A DNA stretch of 64,000 nucleotides, from IMG/VR virus record IMGVR_UViG_3300005826_000037, positions 32,001 through 96,000 of that record. One strand, written 5' to 3'. Positions 59,501 to 64,000 of this stretch are shown one piece after another. Below the pieces are notes generated by a model. The model ran no database searches. It had not been told where the DNA came from and saw only the letters and a list, made by a program, of their open reading frames with translations. Every line of letters starts with the position of its first letter. Position 1 is the first letter of the stretch. Source of the stretch: a virus. The position numbers and the translations under genes are program-made.

Positions 59501-59943
59501 TTTTCCAACTTTTTCTCAAGTTTTGCAAGTTCTTTATAATAATCAGACTCAATTGGACTACCTTCATTTTTTGTAGTTTCAACCATGTGATCCATAGCAA
59601 TTTCTTTTGCTATTTCAGGATCATTAGTATGTTCCATTTCTACTTTTCTTCCGCGTTCCAATGTGTCTTCATCAAAATCATCTGGTTCATAATCATCAGC
59701 TTTTCCGCCATGAATATGATCTTCCCAAGATTTACTGTTTTTAACAACAGAACTTAAAACTTCCATGATACCATCAGAGATATCATTCATACCAGCTTTA
59801 TCAAAGAGGCACGCGGCAGCACTGAGATTGTCAATTGCTCTCGCTATTTTATTAAATCCATATTGCGATTCAAGTCTATTACTAACTAGCTCTTTTTCCA
59901 TAGAGCGCATCAACTCATCTTCAATGCTGCCGCGTTTAAACAT
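59497..59943 (-). CDS. small head-associated protein with DUF5661-like C-terminus
   Basis: LERGRKVEMEHTNDPEIAKEIAMDH...DYYKEL. Confidence 0.65.
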   Translation of the reverse strand: MFKRGSIEDELMRSMEKELVSNRLESQYGFNKIARAIDNLSAAACLFDKAGMNDISDGIMEVLSSVVKNSKSWEDHIHGGKADDYEPDDFDEDTLERGRKVEMEHTNDPEIAKEIAMDHMVETTKNEGSPIESDYYKELAKLEKKLEK

Positions 59944-59960
59944 TTGTTTACCTCTAAAAA

Positions 59961-60467
59961 TTACTTGGAAGTTTTCTTGCCCTTCTTGTCGTCTGTTGAC
60001 TTCTTAGACTCTTTAGACTCCTTGGACTCTTTCTTATCATCCTTCTTTGCAAAGAAAGGTGGTTTTTTACTTGCCTTTTCTTCCTTCTTGTCTTCGGTGT
60101 CCTTTTTCTTTGCGGCAAGAACCAACTCAGCAAGCTTTAGACTTAGAATTGCATTCTTTTCCATATTAAGTGCGTCAAGTGCTGCAGATGCTGTAAGAAG
60201 ACTGTCGATTGCAACGGCATATACTGGAGAAACTTCCATATCATCAGCTTCTGCTGAATCCTTTTTCTCTTCTTTGCTCTCTTTACTTTCCTTCTCTTCG
60301 CTCTTCTTTTCTTTCTCTTCGCTATCCTTATCGCTCTTCTTTTCTTTTGCATCATTTTCATCAGATGCAGTTTTTACCTGTGTACCAAATAGAGACTTAT
60401 ATTCGTCGCTGTTTAGGGCAGCATTCATACTATTTGCTACAAAATCTGAAATGCTTTTGTTATTCAT
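59961..60467 (-). CDS. K/E-rich low-complexity head-associated protein
   Basis: KESKESK repeats; VKTAS; AIDSLLTASAALDALNM motif. Confidence 0.65.
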   Translation of the reverse strand: MNNKSISDFVANSMNAALNSDEYKSLFGTQVKTASDENDAKEKKSDKDSEEKEKKSEEKESKESKEEKKDSAEADDMEVSPVYAVAIDSLLTASAALDALNMEKNAILSLKLAELVLAAKKKDTEDKKEEKASKKPPFFAKKDDKKESKESKESKKSTDDKKGKKTSK

Positions 60468-60508
60468 TTTAGTACCCCTATTAAAAGTTTATTGTCTTTT
60501 GTTTTCTC

Positions 60509-63500
60509 TCAGAAAACACCTTTTTTGGTTTGTGAAAGAGCAGAAGACAATTGGGAAACTAAATTGTCATCCTGTGCTGGCTGAGAAACCTCTCCTGAAC
60601 CAAACATTCCAACTTGTGGCATAACACCAGCTTCTTTACGCATCTTTGGCTCATGCTTTGAAACAACTCTCTTCAAAGACTCAAAGTTTCCGTCACTAAA
60701 TGTCATCAATTCATCAACTTGAGATGCAATGGCATCTGTAGAATTTTGGCAAAGTCCACGACTAACCATTTCATAAGTAAGCTCATATGCTCTTGCCATC
60801 TTAACTTTGAAGTTAGCAAGCTCACTCTCAATTTGAGCCTTTACATGTTCTTTAACAAGTTCTGATGCAAATTCAGATCCACCATCAGTTTGTCCGAAAT
60901 ATTTCTTGTAATAAGATACAGCGGCACTATCAAGACCTTCAGCAATCATTGCTGCAAAGTTTTCATCTGTTGGTTCCAATCTACCGGTGCTAACGAGCAT
61001 ATGAATTGCTTCAGCTTCTTTACGAACCTTTGGTGGAGCCTTTGCAAGATCCATCATAGCCTTTTGTGTCTCTTCAAGAGTTTCAACCTTTGCAAGATCG
61101 CCAGTTGGCTTTACATCAAGTTGAGTTGTTACTCCGCCACCTGGATGTGCCTCGGAAGGCATCTTGCAGGTTACCAATGTATCAGCAGCAAGTTTTGCAC
61201 GAAGGGCTGCACGACCTTCTTTTGTATTCATGGATGCCATTACCTCAACCTCCGCATCTGGTGGTAATTGACCTGCAATTTGACCAACCTTATCTGCAGG
61301 GACTTCTACCTTAACTTCATTCTCATCAAGTTCTTCAGCTTCTGGCATAACAACTGGCATTTCTGCATCATCTTCTGCACTCAAAGCTTCTTCAACCATA
61401 CACAAATCTTCATCTGTAGCAGTCATCAAGTCTTGTAATTCATCATCAACAGCTACACCATCACTAACTGCATCCATATCGTACACATCTCCCTCTTCTT
61501 GATCCAAACTGTAAAGTTCCTTTTCAATTTCGGCACGCTTTACGATTGCTTCAGTTCCACGAGCATACTTGATAAAGGCTGTTAGTAGTTTCATTCCATC
61601 AGCAGTGCAAGCCTTTGCTTCTGTAAGAGCATCTTCAACAATACTTCCAACAAGTTCTTTGTTTGCTTTCTTGACGCCCTTGGCATACATTCCAGCAATC
61701 ATTTCCAATTCTTGTTCATGTTGATCTAGTTCAGCAATAGCTTCCTTCATTGCATGAGTCAATGCACCATTCAATTCTTTTCTTAAAGTATTAAGTGTTC
61801 TGGTTTCAGATGCTGCTGTGCCCATTTCTGGTACAGGAGCCTCTTCAAGATCACCCATTTCAGATTGCTCACCAGTAAGTGCCTTAACTGCTTCTGCAAG
61901 ATCAGAACTCAAATCTCTAACCTTATCTGCCAATTCAACAGCTGTATCAGCTGGGTTACCGGATTTACCAGTATCTTCACCTTCTGGCATTGGCTCTTCT
62001 GGTGCAGGTAGAGCTGCTTCTGGTGCAGGGGCTTCTGGTGCAGGAGCTTCTGGTGCAGGTGCGCCTTGAGCACTCTTAACGAGGTCTCTAACCTTATCAG
62101 CACCCAAAACCTTTACCTTCTCAAGAAGTTTTCCACCAAATTCTCTTGTTGCAATTGTATCATAAAGCATTCCAGCACGTCCACCAGAAAGTTCATTTAC
62201 ACTTGCAGTAAGGAGTAATTTATCTCCCAAGTAAACATTCCAAGAACTAGCTCCCAAATTTTGGGTTCCATCTTGATTTGATACCTTCTTGAAACGAGCA
62301 GCAAGAGATGCTCTAGAAAGCTTATCTTTTACTTCTTTGTCACCTGGATACATTCCATCGACAGGTCCGACTTCTGGGAATGGCTTTACTCCTACCATAT
62401 GCTTATCTTCTTTGTCACGAAGATTTGTGTTAGTAGGATCTACTGGGTATTTTGGTTTGCCTGGAGTTGGTTCCTCTGGGTTCTTTTCACCCTGTTGGAA
62501 ATATGCATTCTTCTTGTTTTCTAATGCTCTCTTAGCTGCTTCAACAACTGCATTCCTTTTGAGGGCACGTTCTTCAGCTTCTGCACGAGCGAGCATCTTT
62601 TTGCGCTCTAAATCTCCGGGATATAATCCCTCAACTGGACCAGTGTCATCTGTATCCATATGTTTATCACCATCAGTTCTCAACTTATCATTTGTTGGGT
62701 CAACAGGGTACTTTGGCTTACCTGGAGTAGGTTCGTCGCCTTCTGCCCCCTGAAAATAACCTTCCTTATTAATTCTTTGTCCAGACATATTTTCCTCTTG
62801 TATTTTTGTGGAAGTTTTTTCTATCTTATCCAAGCTATCTTTCATTTGGCTCAATTTTGCCTCTACCGATGACATAACCGCCCTAAGCTCAGATGTTAGG
62901 TTAGCTTCCACATCATTCGTAGAAGCAAATCTGACATGAGGGGGTGCCAATCCAGAATCGGTATTTGGTGTATCCGTTTCACCCATTGCAACAGATCCAC
63001 TTGATTGATTAAATGCTGCGTTATTAGTATCTTTTTTTAATTCTTCAAGACTTGCTACAGCCTTTTCAAAACTATCTTTCAATTCCTCAATAGTTTTTCC
63101 TTCAATTTTGACAGAATGAGATTCTTTCATTTCTCCAGCTTCAGTAAAACCATCAGTAATAACAAAAATGTCTCCAGTAAAATGTTCGGCAACTTTATTA
63201 AGTTCCTTATTTTTCTTTTCTACATAATCATTGAGGTTATTTGCCGCAGCAATAATATGTTTAATGTGCGCTTTAGGATCGGCGCCATTTACAACAATCG
63301 ATAATTCGATTGGATTTAAGTCAATATTAATTTCGCCATAACCAGTCTTATTGCGCATGTGATCACAAAAATCAGACTCAATTCTTGCAACTCTTCCGCA
63401 ATCAGTACAAATTGCTCTACCAACTGCAGTACCCATAGACACAGAAGTCGAATACCCGGTAGCAACTTTTCTTGCTAAATCCGGGTAGTTTTCTTTATCT

Positions 63501-63985
63501 AAAGCACATAACGCTATAACCCTTTTTAAGCTGCGATCATAATAAGTATCAACTATAAAGCCTCTAACGTGGTCGACTGAATTTGATTTATGGTCTATAC
63601 ATAGAGGCTTGTGTACCCATTTTTTATATGCCTTAACTAGCTCTTCTTCCGGAAATATATCTCCATTAGAATTTCTATAAGGTCTAATATTAGGGTCATT
63701 TGACTCCCAACGCCAAGTGCCACCATCTTTACGCCACCCTACCTCTACAGGTTTTCCAGATGACAATAATTTAGGCGCACCATCTGACTCAAGAGCCGAT
63801 GCCTCAGCAGCATGCATCATTACTGCTGAGAAGTATAGAAAATTCTCTGCTTTTGGAGCAATCTTCTTTAAGTTTATTGCAAACTTTCTGAAGTTTTCTA
63901 AAACCTCTTCGCTCACAGCAGGCACGCAGGATTGAGTGTTCTCAATCCTTAAGATCTCCATAGACTCTCCAAGTTTAATAAGCAT
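60509..63985 (-). CDS. prohead protease-scaffold fusion
   Basis: NSNGDIF, PLCIDH, SVSMG, CTDCG...CDH, IELSIVVNGADPKA (HK97/herpes-type protease with Zn insert), followed by a long acidic coiled-coil region. Confidence 0.85.
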   Translation of the reverse strand: MLIKLGESMEILRIENTQSCVPAVSEEVLENFRKFAINLKKIAPKAENFLYFSAVMMHAAEASALESDGAPKLLSSGKPVEVGWRKDGGTWRWESNDPNIRPYRNSNGDIFPEEELVKAYKKWVHKPLCIDHKSNSVDHVRGFIVDTYYDRSLKRVIALCALDKENYPDLARKVATGYSTSVSMGTAVGRAICTDCGRVARIESDFCDHMRNKTGYGEINIDLNPIELSIVVNGADPKAHIKHIIAAANNLNDYVEKKNKELNKVAEHFTGDIFVITDGFTEAGEMKESHSVKIEGKTIEELKDSFEKAVASLEELKKDTNNAAFNQSSGSVAMGETDTPNTDSGLAPPHVRFASTNDVEANLTSELRAVMSSVEAKLSQMKDSLDKIEKTSTKIQEENMSGQRINKEGYFQGAEGDEPTPGKPKYPVDPTNDKLRTDGDKHMDTDDTGPVEGLYPGDLERKKMLARAEAEERALKRNAVVEAAKRALENKKNAYFQQGEKNPEEPTPGKPKYPVDPTNTNLRDKEDKHMVGVKPFPEVGPVDGMYPGDKEVKDKLSRASLAARFKKVSNQDGTQNLGASSWNVYLGDKLLLTASVNELSGGRAGMLYDTIATREFGGKLLEKVKVLGADKVRDLVKSAQGAPAPEAPAPEAPAPEAALPAPEEPMPEGEDTGKSGNPADTAVELADKVRDLSSDLAEAVKALTGEQSEMGDLEEAPVPEMGTAASETRTLNTLRKELNGALTHAMKEAIAELDQHEQELEMIAGMYAKGVKKANKELVGSIVEDALTEAKACTADGMKLLTAFIKYARGTEAIVKRAEIEKELYSLDQEEGDVYDMDAVSDGVAVDDELQDLMTATDEDLCMVEEALSAEDDAEMPVVMPEAEELDENEVKVEVPADKVGQIAGQLPPDAEVEVMASMNTKEGRAALRAKLAADTLVTCKMPSEAHPGGGVTTQLDVKPTGDLAKVETLEETQKAMMDLAKAPPKVRKEAEAIHMLVSTGRLEPTDENFAAMIAEGLDSAAVSYYKKYFGQTDGGSEFASELVKEHVKAQIESELANFKVKMARAYELTYEMVSRGLCQNSTDAIASQVDELMTFSDGNFESLKRVVSKHEPKMRKEAGVMPQVGMFGSGEVSQPAQDDNLVSQLSSALSQTKKGVF
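62015..62062 (-). repeat. 15-nt tandem repeat encoding APAPE linker
   Basis: GAPAPEAPAPEAPAPEAALPAPEEP. Confidence 0.7.
62309..62767 (-). repeat. two ~60-aa internal repeats in the scaffold
   Basis: YFQ...EPTPGKPKYPVDPTN..LR...DKHM...GPVxGxYPGD...RA at about 62582-62767 and 62309-62512. Confidence 0.85.
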
Positions 63986-64000
63986 TATTCTTCCTCTCCT

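Noticed and set aside
59944-60624. 226-aa plus-strand ORF and the many other short antisense ORFs in the track
   Set aside because: They are shadows of minus-strand genes (e.g. F/S/L-rich mirror of K/E-rich codons) with no recognisable motifs.
1-64000. Alternative genetic code (stop-codon reassignment), as seen in some jumbo phages
   Set aside because: Standard-code ORFs tile the window densely with intact long genes.
1-64000. CRISPR array, tRNA or rRNA genes, or a diversity-generating retroelement
   Set aside because: No regularly spaced repeats, cloverleaf-like sequence, reverse transcriptase or near-identical TR/VR pair was seen; intergenic spaces are short. Checked by eye only.

Overview
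AT-rich window holding the virion morphogenesis region of a large (jumbo-type) contractile-tailed dsDNA phage, almost all on the minus strand and read with the standard genetic code. From right to left it encodes: a prohead protease-scaffold fusion, internal head proteins, two decoration-protein paralogs, an HK97-type major capsid protein, small fibre/neck proteins, a giant fibre, tail terminator, sheath, tube, tail chaperones with a -1 frameshift, tape measure and baseplate genes. Interspersed are 3 LAGLIDADG, 1 GIY-YIG and 2 HNH endonucleases, an IS1341-type TnpB element, a CCA-adding enzyme, a 2H phosphoesterase, a patatin and a cold-shock protein. Most unusual signals: (1) about 55 copies (manual count) of the tripeptide Asp-Gly-Tyr in 17 predicted external virion proteins and none in internal or enzymatic proteins, suggesting an undescribed virion-surface sequon; (2) the motif (T/G)GATATAT exactly 16 nt before the ATG of 7 SD-less genes, 4 of them mobile nucleases; (3) shared helical and AHP...VE modules plus K-x-A sites in internal head proteins, a candidate capsid-targeting and processing code. 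All product calls come from motif recognition and gene order; no database searches were run.
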